Positions 26,764 to 39,000 of a stretch of DNA of 64,000 bases are shown here, piece after piece. Position 1 is the stretch's first letter. Each line of letters opens with the position of its first letter. The position numbers and the translations under genes were made by a program. Source of the DNA: a virus (lineage: Duplodnaviria; Caudoviricetes); the IMG/VR virus record IMGVR_UViG_3300037780_000034, positions 192,001-256,000 of that record; one strand, written 5' to 3'. A model generated the notes under the pieces. The model was not told the origin of the DNA, made no database searches, and saw only the letters and a list, made by a program, of their open reading frames with translations.

Positions 26764-28323
26764 TTATCTTATTCCATATAACTGAACATATCCACCTATA
26801 CTCCAACCAGATAGTTCTGATCCACTCATTGCAAAAGATATGGATGTTGTAGTATCACGTATGTTAACTGCTTGTGTTGATAAAGTAGAATTGAATGCTA
26901 TACCGTCAGTTAGATCAAACCAAAAAACAGAATTAAATGGACTTGGAGGCATCGTTAATATCGTAGTTAACGATGTTCCAGATTCTCCAATAACTAAAAC
27001 ATTCGGCGGAGGGTCTTCTTGTCCACTAAACTGACCGTGTGATATTGAAAAAAACTTTACTACCAAAAATCTATATTCAGACAAGTCTAACGAAGAAACT
27101 GTAGCAATACTAAATCCATATGATCCAGCAGGAACAGTAGCTAATAATTCAATACCTAATCCATCACCCTCTAATATTCCTCCGCTACCACCACTATACA
27201 CATTTAAAATTGCATAATCAAGCATAGCAGGAGTTACTATTTTTGTTAGTGATGTTTTTTGATCCATATCACTTTGAATAGCAATCCAATCTCCAGTTGC
27301 TTGTGCAGCCGATATATTTGCAGCGGAAACTATATTTCCTGTTGTATTGATAGAGGATGCAGACATACTTCCATTTGAATTTAAAACTATATTATAGTTG
27401 TTTAAATTACTTTCATTTCCAGCAGAACCAGTGAAACCAACAGCAAATCCATTTGTTCCAACAGTTGTATTTTCAGTCCCTACCCATAATTTAGAAGTAT
27501 TGTTTGTGTTACGTATGGAAAATATGCTTGAAGTAGAAGCTGGCGAACTAACTGGTCTCAGTGTAAAATTAGGACCATCGCCATCTAATGCATTATCTTC
27601 CATTAATACATCGCCATTGCCTACATCAATTGTTAATTCTCCAAGTAACTTAACAATATAATTATGCAGATCATATGTTGTATCGCTATTTAAATTTATA
27701 CCTTTTTTAATAACAGGATAATCTGCTATTAACAATCTACCGTCTTGCATACTTTCTGCAGTCGGTCCAACAGAACTAGGAATCCACGGATCATTATCGG
27801 TTGACAACAAATAAACTAATTTGTTGTTTAATAAAAATTCCATAGTTTTATGTAATATACCAGTATTGTCGTATCTTGTGTTAATTAATACGCGGTTTTC
27901 ATCATCAAACTGAATTATATTAACCCAATCAGTTCCGTTATATATGTAAAGATTGTTTGTAGTAGTATCATACCATATATCACCTTCTACTGAAGTATAG
28001 TTAATAGTGGTATTTCCAGATATTTCTGGCGGTGGTTCGTTACTTACTGTTTTTGCACTTGCAGTTTTCCACTCACCATTTTTAGTATAAAATTTCAACA
28101 AGTCATTTGCAGAATCATACCATAACTGACCAACCGTTGGGCTACTTGGTTCTGTAGGACTTGCAAAGTTTTCTAAAAGATGTAAAAAGTTTTGTGCAAC
28201 AAATCTACCATAACTGCTAACACTTTTTCCCAACAAACTTAAATCTGTTTGATCGTTTATAGTCCCATCTTCAATGACTAATGGAATTTTTGATAAATCT
28301 GAATAATTTATAGTATAACTCAT
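26764..28323 (-). CDS. Tail fibre-like protein A
   Basis: Shares ~370 N-terminal aa of clear similarity with 23729-25843 up to KIVTPAMLDYAI; followed by a chaperone. Confidence 0.75.
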   Translation of the reverse strand: MSYTINYSDLSKIPLVIEDGTINDQTDLSLLGKSVSSYGRFVAQNFLHLLENFASPTEPSSPTVGQLWYDSANDLLKFYTKNGEWKTASAKTVSNEPPPEISGNTTINYTSVEGDIWYDTTTNNLYIYNGTDWVNIIQFDDENRVLINTRYDNTGILHKTMEFLLNNKLVYLLSTDNDPWIPSSVGPTAESMQDGRLLIADYPVIKKGINLNSDTTYDLHNYIVKLLGELTIDVGNGDVLMEDNALDGDGPNFTLRPVSSPASTSSIFSIRNTNNTSKLWVGTENTTVGTNGFAVGFTGSAGNESNLNNYNIVLNSNGSMSASSINTTGNIVSAANISAAQATGDWIAIQSDMDQKTSLTKIVTPAMLDYAILNVYSGGSGGILEGDGLGIELLATVPAGSYGFSIATVSSLDLSEYRFLVVKFFSISHGQFSGQEDPPPNVLVIGESGTSLTTILTMPPSPFNSVFWFDLTDGIAFNSTLSTQAVNIRDTTTSISFAMSGSELSGWSIGGYVQLYGIR

Positions 28324-28352
28324 TTTTTATATTATGCCTTGTTTATATGTTG

Positions 28353-28360
28353 TATTTATC
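28353..28360 (-). promoter_or_regulatory. Late promoter variant GATAAATA
   Basis: Upstream of the 28323 start. Confidence 0.5.
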
Positions 28361-28370
28361 TTTTATTTTT

Positions 28371-28778
28371 TTATGGCTTTGTTGGCCAAGTTATATTATT
28401 TGGAAATCCTAATTGACTTGTTATATCTAATAAATCTTGTCTATATTGTATATATGCTTGTTTTTTTTCTTCTGACATATCATTCCATCTAAATGGATTT
28501 GAAACTATAGGGTCTACTATGCTTACTAATAAAGAATTTCTTTTTTTTCTAGCTTCTTTTGATAGCATAATATTTATTTCTTCTTGTGTAGGTTCAGGTG
28601 GTGCTACATATGGGATTAAAGTTGGATCAGAATTCATTCTAATATAAAGGTCGTTTGTATCAAATTCTGCGCCTATGTCATTACTATGGCAAGTATACGG
28701 TATCCATCCATATTTTGGATGGTTTATTTCACAATCAATTGTATCATTTTTGTTTTTTCTTGGATTTCTATATTCCAT
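28371..28778 (-). CDS. Tail fibre assembly chaperone
   Basis: IDCEINHPKYGWIPYT N-terminus; C-terminus YRQDLLDITSQLGFPNNITWPTKP. Confidence 0.8.
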   Translation of the reverse strand: MEYRNPRKNKNDTIDCEINHPKYGWIPYTCHSNDIGAEFDTNDLYIRMNSDPTLIPYVAPPEPTQEEINIMLSKEARKKRNSLLVSIVDPIVSNPFRWNDMSEEKKQAYIQYRQDLLDITSQLGFPNNITWPTKP

Positions 28779-28796
28779 TATTTTCCCTCAATAAAA

Positions 28797-29750
28797 TTAT
28801 GCTATTCTTAACCAGAGTGTTGCACCAAAAAGAAAAGACCACGCTGGATCAAAGCTATCGCCTCCTTCAGTAGAAACCCCATCCACACTTTCATAAGTTC
28901 CCATACAACGCCAAGTTCCAGTTAATGTATCACCAACATTTAGAGTTATATCTTCAAATGAAAGATAGTTATATACAGATATTCTATGAACTCCCCCAGT
29001 GGGTCTGAGTAAACTTCCTTGAACAGTATCACCAATTTGTATTAAGTGATAAGTTGTTGGAACAATAACAGATGTTGAAAATTGACCGGGATTTTGAGAA
29101 TTATAATCATAAACTGCAAAAACATATGTCCCAACATCGCCAGAAACGAATGAAACATTTTCACCACGTGAACCAGTAAATCCTGTTGCACCAGTTGTTC
29201 CAGTTGCTCCACGTGATCCTGTAAATCCAAGAGGACCAGAGGGGCCAATAGGACCAGTAGAGCCAACAAATCCGGTTGTTCCAGCGGAACCAGTAAATCC
29301 TATAGGACCAGCGGGACCAGTTGTTCCAGTAGAACCAACAAATCCAGTAGGACCAGTAGGACCAGTAGACCCTGTAAATCCAACTGCTCCTGTATCTCCT
29401 GATAGTCCACGTGATCCTGTAAATCCGGTAGGGCCAGTTGCACCAGTCAATCCTTGGCTACCAGTAAATCCAGTAGGGCCGGGTGGTCCAATAACAAATC
29501 CAGTTTCAGGGTCAGTAACAGGTCCAGATGGTCCGGGTGGGCCGGGTGGTCCTGCTAATTGTGATGCATTTAATCCCCAATATCTTGTTCCATCGGTATC
29601 TCCTAACAAAACATAACCATTTTCAGCAGGCAAACCAAGGTTTGGTTCACTTTCAGCAGGTTTTACATAATCAAATCTGGTAGGAGAAAGATCACCAAAA
29701 TCTGTAGTTTTATATCTTCCAGTTATAGGATATCGTGGTTTATAACTCAT
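28797..29750 (-). CDS. Collagen-like fibre protein
   Basis: 37 consecutive Gly-X-Y triplets; C-terminal GDVGTYVFA...GTWRCMG fibre-tip-like motif; followed by a chaperone. Confidence 0.85.
   Translation of the reverse strand: MSYKPRYPITGRYKTTDFGDLSPTRFDYVKPAESEPNLGLPAENGYVLLGDTDGTRYWGLNASQLAGPPGPPGPSGPVTDPETGFVIGPPGPTGFTGSQGLTGATGPTGFTGSRGLSGDTGAVGFTGSTGPTGPTGFVGSTGTTGPAGPIGFTGSAGTTGFVGSTGPIGPSGPLGFTGSRGATGTTGATGFTGSRGENVSFVSGDVGTYVFAVYDYNSQNPGQFSTSVIVPTTYHLIQIGDTVQGSLLRPTGGVHRISVYNYLSFEDITLNVGDTLTGTWRCMGTYESVDGVSTEGGDSFDPAWSFLFGATLWLRIA
29157..29489 (-). repeat. Gly-X-Y collagen repeat (GPT/GFT/GSR-rich)
   Basis: Seen in the translation, aa 88-198. Confidence 0.9.
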
Positions 29751-29761
29751 AGCATTATCCC

Positions 29762-30103
29762 TTATTCATTAGCTGCTTCATTCAAACTCATAATAAAGTC
29801 CACAGAATCTGCAACATCTGTTTTTACTATAAGTTGATCGCCTTCTGTTAAAACCATTCTTCCAGATATAACAGTCATTACTTCATTTGCTGGTAGTTCT
29901 ATATCAGGTATCAAGAAATATGTAGTTGCATCTTTTGAAATTCTAACATTTATAACAACTGAACTTGATGTATGGTTGACACATATTGCAGATAATACAA
30001 TAGAAGATATTCCAGTTGGAACTGTATAAACTGTTTGGTCTGCAGTTGTTATTTTTTTTGTTACATTAACAAATCTATTTAGTGGTAATAATGGTGAAGC
30101 CAT
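29762..30103 (-). CDS. Small beta-rich structural protein
   Basis: 113 aa (TVYTVPTG...IVLSAI...LTEGDQLIV) within the fibre cluster. Confidence 0.65.
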   Translation of the reverse strand: MASPLLPLNRFVNVTKKITTADQTVYTVPTGISSIVLSAICVNHTSSSVVINVRISKDATTYFLIPDIELPANEVMTVISGRMVLTEGDQLIVKTDVADSVDFIMSLNEAANE

Positions 30104-30112
30104 CTTTTTTAT

Positions 30113-32467
30113 TTACTCCTGTAATGCCAATATGTAAGGTGTCATTATTCCATATAAACTTCTACGGAAAACACGGCCTTCAATTGTTCCTCTTGCTCTA
30201 TTTATAGTGAAATCAGTTCCTATTCTAAAATCTCCGCGTTGATCAGTTCCTGTAAAATAAACTTTTCCGCCATTTTGTTCTAATACTTGATTTTCTACGA
30301 TTGCTTCACCGCCCAAATATGGAAGTGAAGTATTAATGTCAATTCCTGCTCCTACCCATTCAAAAGTATGACTTGAAGCAGTAATTAAACTATATTGATG
30401 AAAGTTTACATTGTCGCCAGCATTGTATGTTTCTGTTGCAGCTTCTTCTAACGTAACAGTAACTGTATATCCGTTTTCTAAAAGTTCAATTACTATATCA
30501 TATAGTGCATCTAGTCTATCTTGTTGTGTGCTGTTAGATGCTGGTAAATTTGTAACTTGTGATACAGTATTGTTAAGTGGAGTTACTAAAGTATTTACTA
30601 ATATATCACGTGATATTGTTTTCAAATAATCAAACATATCAGAAACTTCTGGAACATCAGCTAAATCTACTTCCATAAATCCGCCTGTATAAAATTCATC
30701 AGCAGCATCGGCTGTTTCTTTATTTGCAAAATATAATATATCATATATTAGTGCATTGACTATATATTCTATATTTTCACTATATTCTACAGGATCGTAT
30801 ACAAAACTTGGATATGTAGTATCCAAATAGGCCAATCCTTCTGCTACAATAAAATTTCTATTTGCTATTAATATGTCTTTTGCATTTACAACAAATGCGT
30901 TAACCGTTTCTGGATTAGTGTATATTGGTGCAACTGCGGCTTGTTTTCCATTTTCTAATATGTTCAATATGATATTAAAGTTTTGTGCAATACGGCTTGT
31001 AACCGTAGTTGATCCATTAAACAAAGATAATACTCTTGCTTTCAAAAATTCAATTGCATCTATTGTTTCTGTTAATTGAAAATCTATAACGCCTTCAGCA
31101 GTATTTTTATAATAACTTAAACCTGCTACTGTTGAAAGATAAGTTGAACCAAATACCATATCATCTGCTATAGAATTAATTATTATCCCAACATCACGAG
31201 AACATAAAAACTGATTAAAAACTAATTCGGGATATGTGTTTACTATATATTGTATAGTTTCTGCTTTAAATAAATCTAGATTTTCTAAAATAGTATCTCT
31301 TGCATCTTGTAATGTGGTTGATTGTGTTGTATATGATGGAGAAAATATTTCTGTTCCACCAATAGACAAACTACTTGTTTCAAATACCGTGTAAAAGTTT
31401 GAATCATTTGCAAACCCTACTGCATCGCCTATAGTTGGCTTTCTGTTAATATTGTTTAATGTAAAAATATTAACTGCATCTTGTGTTACTACTTTTGCTG
31501 TATACATTGGTGAACTTACACCATCACTTGCAAGAGCGTAATTACCAAAAGATGAGTTAGAGTTTGTTAATGAACAAAAACCACCATCTTCGCACAAAAT
31601 TGCTTTATCACAACATATTGTAAACACAGAAACTAATTGAGTGTTTCCACGGTTCAACATATGAATACCAATTCCGCCTTGATTGTATTGAGTAAAGGCA
31701 TCTACCACCATTGATCTTAAACCAGATGCGTGATTTCCATCAACGCGCATACCTGTTCCAGTAGTAGTAATGCTTGAACAGTTTTGAACATATGGACTTG
31801 TTGTTATTATACCAGCACTGCCATCTGGAGGAAATGCAATTGCAGCAGAGGGAGAAACGTGATTTCTAAATGTTACATTTGCAAAATAAACTGCATTATT
31901 AACCCAAAATATGTCTTGATCTTTATTAAGAGGAACTATATTTGTAGAACGCAAACTATCTCCAACGATAGAAACATTTTTAGGAACTACTACTGGATTA
32001 GTAACCGTATATGTTCCACTTTTTAGAAATATAGTTACAGGATCACGAAACTCTTGTGACCCTGCATCTATCTCGGCTATTCTGGCTAATGCACGATTTA
32101 TGGTTCTAAATGATTCTCCAAGAGATTCGCCGGTATTAGAATCATTTCCACTTTCAGAAACATAATATACGTTTTTAACGATTGCACCACTATTACCGCC
32201 TTCGTCCAATCCTCTCCACTGTGTTCCATCATAAACTTTTAATCTTTGTTCGTCAGATTTATACCAAATCTGTCCTTCTACTGGATTTTGTGGAGGTTGA
32301 TCATATGCAAAATTTTCCATAAGGTGAACAAAATTTTCTGCAAAAACTTCTCCATATCTTGTAAAGTTTTTTCCAACAAGAGAAAGAGAAGTAGTTTTAT
32401 CTAATTCACCAACTTCAACTAATATAGGAGTTTTTGCGGGGTCGGTATAATTTACAACATATATCAT
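30113..32467 (-). CDS. Tail fibre/spike protein with a pectate-lyase-like beta-helix
   Basis: N-terminus related to the fibre A/B anchor (FAENFVHLMENFA...GQIWY); VYYVSESGNDSNTG...FRTINRAL...IFLKSGTY...VSIVGDSLR. Confidence 0.7.
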   Translation of the reverse strand: MIYVVNYTDPAKTPILVEVGELDKTTSLSLVGKNFTRYGEVFAENFVHLMENFAYDQPPQNPVEGQIWYKSDEQRLKVYDGTQWRGLDEGGNSGAIVKNVYYVSESGNDSNTGESLGESFRTINRALARIAEIDAGSQEFRDPVTIFLKSGTYTVTNPVVVPKNVSIVGDSLRSTNIVPLNKDQDIFWVNNAVYFANVTFRNHVSPSAAIAFPPDGSAGIITTSPYVQNCSSITTTGTGMRVDGNHASGLRSMVVDAFTQYNQGGIGIHMLNRGNTQLVSVFTICCDKAILCEDGGFCSLTNSNSSFGNYALASDGVSSPMYTAKVVTQDAVNIFTLNNINRKPTIGDAVGFANDSNFYTVFETSSLSIGGTEIFSPSYTTQSTTLQDARDTILENLDLFKAETIQYIVNTYPELVFNQFLCSRDVGIIINSIADDMVFGSTYLSTVAGLSYYKNTAEGVIDFQLTETIDAIEFLKARVLSLFNGSTTVTSRIAQNFNIILNILENGKQAAVAPIYTNPETVNAFVVNAKDILIANRNFIVAEGLAYLDTTYPSFVYDPVEYSENIEYIVNALIYDILYFANKETADAADEFYTGGFMEVDLADVPEVSDMFDYLKTISRDILVNTLVTPLNNTVSQVTNLPASNSTQQDRLDALYDIVIELLENGYTVTVTLEEAATETYNAGDNVNFHQYSLITASSHTFEWVGAGIDINTSLPYLGGEAIVENQVLEQNGGKVYFTGTDQRGDFRIGTDFTINRARGTIEGRVFRRSLYGIMTPYILALQE

Positions 32468-32468
32468 A

Positions 32469-33044
32469 TTAGGCTCCTATAGTCAATCTTATAGTATATA
32501 TAACTTGAATTTTTCTGTTTTGGCTTTTTAATACAGGATGAAATATAATGTGAGTTAAATAATCGTCATTTATGGTTTTTAATCCTATTTCATTAAAAAC
32601 ATAATCATCATTTATGTTGCCGGTGGCATCTGTTACTGGATAGTCTGTAGGTTCGTCATAATCTAATGTTGCAGTAATTATTATATCTGAATAATTGTTG
32701 CCATCAACGTATGTGTAAGTTATGTTATTTTCTGCATCTATCAGCGGTGTGTTTTGAATAATTTTACTATAATTCTCATTGTATAATCCACCAGATGACC
32801 CCGCAGTTTTTGTTGGTTTATAAGTAATAACACCAAGACTATCTATATTAACCCCACCATTTCCAAATGCCATAGAATGAATTCCATTGTCACTGGAATC
32901 TGCTAATACAGCAGATATAATTTTTGCAAAATTTTGATAATTAATAGCATTACGTTTATTAACTATAATAGAGTTGTCATATAAATTTATTATTTTTATA
33001 TGACCTTCTATATTAAAATTCATAGTTTCATTTGTGTCAATCAT
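32469..33044 (-). CDS. Structural protein (baseplate/fibre attachment region)
   Basis: 191 aa; TATAAATA at 33068-33075 upstream. Confidence 0.65.
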   Translation of the reverse strand: MIDTNETMNFNIEGHIKIINLYDNSIIVNKRNAINYQNFAKIISAVLADSSDNGIHSMAFGNGGVNIDSLGVITYKPTKTAGSSGGLYNENYSKIIQNTPLIDAENNITYTYVDGNNYSDIIITATLDYDEPTDYPVTDATGNINDDYVFNEIGLKTINDDYLTHIIFHPVLKSQNRKIQVIYTIRLTIGA

Positions 33045-33067
33045 TTTAATTTCCTATAATATGATAG

Positions 33068-33075
33068 TATTTATA
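33068..33075 (-). promoter_or_regulatory. T4-type late promoter TATAAATA
   Basis: Exact consensus overlapping the stop of the 3549-aa ORF. Confidence 0.6.
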
Positions 33076-36000
33076 AATTATAATTAATAGCATTATATTG
33101 AATTGTGCTTAATTCTATGGGCGGATAGTCAGTATTTTCACCGTTAGTATATAACACGGTATCTCCAATACTATGTGATCTTGGCGATATACCTCTTACA
33201 CAATTTAACAAAGTATTTCCCAACACGTTAGCATATTCAATTCTTTCTCCATTAATCCATATAACTCCTTTATCTTGTGATATTGAAGTTTCTGAATTAA
33301 ATTCAAATATACTACCATCAGCAACTTGAATTTCAGTATCTGTAGGCAATACATTAGCAGTAAGAGTTGATATATCATCATTTGTAGATATACTGTATTT
33401 TAATTTATTTCTATAATCAGAATATATAACATATCTTTTAGTATCAATTGTTTCTGTATTTCCAGTTACATTTCTTGTAATAAATATACCAGCACTATCT
33501 ACTATTCTGGCAGGAACCAATTCATCAGAAAATTGTTCATTTGAATAATCCATACCATTTCCGTCATATATATAATCATACGTTGTCGTTGTCATATCAG
33601 AAGTAATAATATCAATGTTTTGATCTGTGTTAAATGTATTTGTTATTACTACATCACCATTAAAATCAGTATCTGAAGAAGTATCTGAATAATTAAGAGT
33701 TATAATTTTTCTTTCATCTTGTTCACTGAGTGCAATATTCATTGAATCATTGCTTTCAAACTTATTTACAAAATCTCTTAATTTGCTTGTAAATGGTTTT
33801 ACATCGTTTATGTAATCCAACACATCTTGTATCAGGTCTTTTTTGTATAATTTATTTTTAGAAAAATCATTTTCCAAAACAAATTTAAAGTAAGAAGATT
33901 TTATAGCCCACTTAACAAAATCTTGTTCACTGTGAACATACTTCAACATCGTAAACCATATTTCATTATACAAAGATTTAAATTGTGTATCAAATACTTT
34001 GTTATATAATAAGTCAGTTAATCTATAAAAATATGGGCCAGTGTCACGATCCCAAGAACCAATATCCCATAAATCTTCTGACCAATTACGATCTGATAAT
34101 GCAGGGTTCCACAAATCTTCTGAAAATTGAATAGTTGCTTTTTCGTGATATACTAGATTCCAAGACTCACCATCATACTTATATATTTTTTGACGAGAAA
34201 TGTTATCAAAAGTTTGTGTATCTATGAAGATTGCATATTCGCCAACATTTGCTTGCAATCCTGCAAGATCATCAATAGAATTTATTTTGTATTGTGGTCT
34301 TACTATAACATTAAAAGACGATGATTTCCAATCTACAAAACTATACACATCTGAAAGTTTATAATCGGTGTAATAACTATCATATTCTACGTTTGAAGGA
34401 TGAAATATGCTATTAAAGTCATCATACCATAGGTATCTGATGTCTAGCATATTTATTTCTTTTAATATAGAATTTAGTTTTACAATAAACTCTCTTCTTG
34501 CATTAGTTATATTGTTAAACCAAGTTTGTTTTGGCTCATTTATACCCAATCTTCTTAATATGTGTTTATCGTAATCTGGAATACTGTAAAGTGGTTTTAT
34601 GTAGATTTCTCCGTCAACATCATCAAGATTATTTTCTGGGAATGGTTTTGACCAATCTTGTGTATCCCATTCATCTTCGTCCCATACATAACCATACTTT
34701 TTTATGTTCCAAAAATCTTCATTTTGAACAGAATCTATAAACTTTAATTCATACCAAGTTGTATTATAAGTTACTGGAACAGTAGTATTTTGAGGAACAG
34801 GAACTACGTTTTTATTGTTTTGCATAGCAATATAATAACGATTTTCATATTTTACCACATCATCTTTTTTATAATCCTTGAAACTTAACCAAGGAGAATA
34901 ATCCAGTTTTATGCTAAATCCTGTATATCCTGCCAAGCTGTCACGCAATGTATCGTGCAATTCTATTGGAATTTTACTTTCTAAGTTGTCTTCTGATAAT
35001 AGCATATATTCTCTATGATAATTGTCATCACTATTTTTAAACAATATATTCAATACTGCATTTTCACAACTTAAACAATTACTTAGATTTGATGCTAATA
35101 CGGCATTGCTTGAAATTCCTGCTATCCAAGATATTCCATAAGATGATGGATTTTCTATAATATTTTCTAAATCTATAGTAGTATATCTTCTACTGTTATT
35201 TGGAACAGTTGTTTTATCTTTTACCCAGAAGTAATAATAAGTTTCAGAAATACCACGAGAACGATTGAAAAATGTTTTTTCAGACCAATAGTATTCACGA
35301 TCACCAAACTGACCTATAGTAAAATATGGAGTTCCAGTCAATTCAATGCCATCAATTATTGTATTTGATCTTGTTGCTTGCTGATATTCATCTGGCGGAA
35401 CTGGGCTTTTCGTCCATTCGTAAACATCAATTGAAGATGTTGGATATAGCTTTCCCCAATTTTGTTGACGATTTTCCAACAGTCCTTGCTCATACTCAAG
35501 GTATACCGCAGTTGACATATCCCACCAAGTTTCTCCAATATGATCATCTGACCAAAAATTATTTGGATCAATTTCTTCATTTTGATCAGTTGAATCTGTA
35601 TATCTTGCATTATCGTATATACTTTTTATAGTCAACTCTATATCTGCAATACCGGGTATGATACCTTTAACTGGATCATATACTTCTAATTCTGCATTTA
35701 TTTCTTTTGTTTTATAATTATAAACATATGCAGAAACAAGTTTGCTATTGTCTGCAACTGGTTCTAACTTTCTTACAAGTTCAAAATATGCTCCATTGTT
35801 TACGTCAACTTCTATACAGCGATAAACAGCAGGAATATTTGTTCCTTCATAAGAATCTACATATGCATACATTCCGGGTTTCCATCCGTAAACACCAAGC
35901 TGGTATCTTGGATTTGTCCCGCTATTGATTAATTGTTGCGTAGTAGAAAATCTTACTGGTCTTAGTGGAATACATTTTCCATATGAACCATTACGTCTTA

Positions 36001-39000
36001 TATATGATTCAACAAATATTATAGTATCTGAATATATTGCAGTTACACGATGAATTCCATCTAATATTGGAGTTGAGTTTGTTGCAGTTAATATAACGTA
36101 ATCATTTACTTGAAGATTGTGAGGAACTAAAAACTTAACCATAGCATCATCATTTGACAATATACCAGGACATATTTCAAAAATTTCTAATTCAAAATCA
36201 AAAGCCGTATATACGTTATATCCAGATTGACGATTGGTATTATCTATCAATGGGTCTAAATTATCATTTACCCATACTGAAAAATCAATAGGATCATCTA
36301 TAATTTGCCATTCTGTAGAATCAAATACATTATTAATTATGTCATCATTTTCAATATTATCCGGAACAAAAATAGTATCTGTGTCAGAGAAACCAAGAAA
36401 TGGATTTGCAGTTCCGTTTCCAATATCAATTTCAGAAACAACAGCAGACAGCACAACGGAATTATTAACGTTTGATGCAACAAAATTAGGAATATTGGCA
36501 GCATTTATCTGCTCTATAACATCATTTATATCTAAATCTAAAAATTCCGTTCCATCAATAAATGTTGAATTGTAAACTCCAACTTCAAATCCTATATCGG
36601 TATTTGCGGTTCCTTCTGCAATAACCAACTGCGGATTATTGTTTATTATTTTCAAATAACTTGAACCACCCACTGTATGAATAGCTGCAGTTACTCCATT
36701 TAATCCTACTGAATTTATAGTTGTTACCATATTTTGTAGTGATACGAAAAATTCAGAAAATATCAATTCATCTAGGGTATTATATACATTAATTGAATTT
36801 GGAAATCCTAACGAGAAATTTCCAGTATCTGTAATTATATTCATAACACCAGAAGTTGCATCTAATGGATATTTTTTAACAATTCTTAATTTGTTTTCAA
36901 ATATTGAAGCAGTATAAGTATCTGATAAATTATTTTCAGTAAAAAATTCATTTATTTTAGATACTATTTGAGAAGAATTTAATGAACCCTGTCCAAATGT
37001 GCCAGTTACAGCAACAAAGTCTGAACCATTTATAGGTCCACCAGACTTTATGTATCTTGCTATTGTTGTTGGGTATGTTGCATTTCTTAAATATTGATTC
37101 ATAGTATTTAAGTTTGCAGTAGAAACTTGGGTTACACCTTTTGTAATAGATATCTGAAATATTTTCTCATATATGTCAATTTCATTTTGGTAAAATTCTT
37201 CAAACTCTGAAAAGAATGGAGAAAATATACTCAGTGTAGAATAATATTGAGTTAAATAATTTATGTTAAATCCATAATTTTCGTATATTCCACTATAATA
37301 TCCACTAATAAATTGATACCACTCTTGTAATGAATTTGCTGATATAAATGCATCCCTAAATTGTTTTAATTTTTGAGGAATATTGCTCATTTCAGTTGAA
37401 ACAGATTCTGGAATTCCAAAACTCTGCAAATCAATAGCAGTTAAGTTAAATGTAGTCAACAGTGAAATAGCAGGATTTAATGTTGTGCTAAGATTACTTA
37501 AGCGAATTCTGTAATCATCTATAATTATTTGGTCAAGAAATTTTCCTTCAACTGTGAAATTATTTGTTGTTCCAGTTGCAGTTATTGTTTGATTTGAAGG
37601 AGTGACCGGAGTAGAAGTTGATGCACTGAATGTTATAGTTGTTCCATTTATAGAAATAGTATTCCCAACATCTGTTGTTGGGTTAGCTACAGAACCAATA
37701 TATTCTAATGGATTATACTGTGCAATTTCAGCAGTTTTTGCAAAGTTTATTTCATTATAAGTTAACTCATCTTCTCCACGTTGTTTTATACCTATTATAA
37801 AATTAGTTAATGATGGAACCTTTGGGAACGTAACTGTTCCTCTTATAAATATTTGTCCAGCAGTTTGTGCAAATCCGGTGGAATCTAACAAATATTGATA
37901 TACACTTGGACCCCTTCTAACTATATCGCCTTTTTGATATGATACTTTACTAGACCAAGGAAGTATGTTTGCATAACTTGCAGAGTAATCATATACCTCT
38001 AACATATCTCTTACAGAATTAACAACATATTCAACTTCTGATTCAAAAGGTATTCCTGCAGTTTTTGAAAAGTTTTCAAAATTTTGTATATCTTCTATGT
38101 TTTGCATAGTAAATGGTTTTGCAGGTAATAACGGAATTGGGTTTTCAAAATTTCCAGAAATATAGTTTGAAGAGCCTTTTGATATATCTATAACAGTATC
38201 ATATATATTATCTTTAACTGATTCTGGGTTAAATCTTATTATTTGTGGTTCAGTTTTAACCAAACTTAAAGGCAATTCTATCTGAATATTATCACTTATT
38301 GACTTATCACCATAATCCTTTGAGTATATCATCCATTCTTCTGATATACTATTTGGATTTTTGGAAAATATATTTTTGTTTCTAACAAGAGCATCAATGC
38401 TTGTTTGTGTTCCTTTATATTTACGAACTCCACGGTAAAAGTCATATGAAGAAAATTCATTATTTAATATGTTTGCAAAATAAGATTTTTCTTGATACCC
38501 AACTGTGAACTTATCTGTTTTTCTTGTTAATACATTTAATGACTTGTTATTTGTGTTTAACAAATCAGTTTCAACCTCACGAACTTGACTATCAAAATTG
38601 TTTATTATAGCATTATCCGTAACCAAAAATCCAGAAGTTTCCAATCTTCCATTCCAATTCTTGGTTCTTTCTGTTTTGATCTTTATTCTGGAATTTAATA
38701 TTCCAGTAGATGTTTTTTGAACTATATCTCCAAACTTAGTAACTGGATTTATATTTAAAATATGTTCATACTCTACAATATCAATAGTTATACCAAACAT
38801 AGCATTAGATTGGTTTTTTGGTTTTATTCCAGTAGTTATACCATTTCTTATAATTAATAAATCACTAGGATTTATAATTTGTTTTCTATTGTTAATAATT
38901 GGATTAGAAAAGTTGCTATAGTTTGTAAATTCTTTTACAAATCCTTCTGTTAGATTGTTATATATTAACATATTATCTTTTATGCCATTTACATAAGTAA

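Noticed and set aside
23729-29750. Diversity-generating retroelement or invertible fibre switch
   Set aside because: No reverse transcriptase or invertase in the window; the paralog differences are not adenine-specific and all copies are in direct orientation
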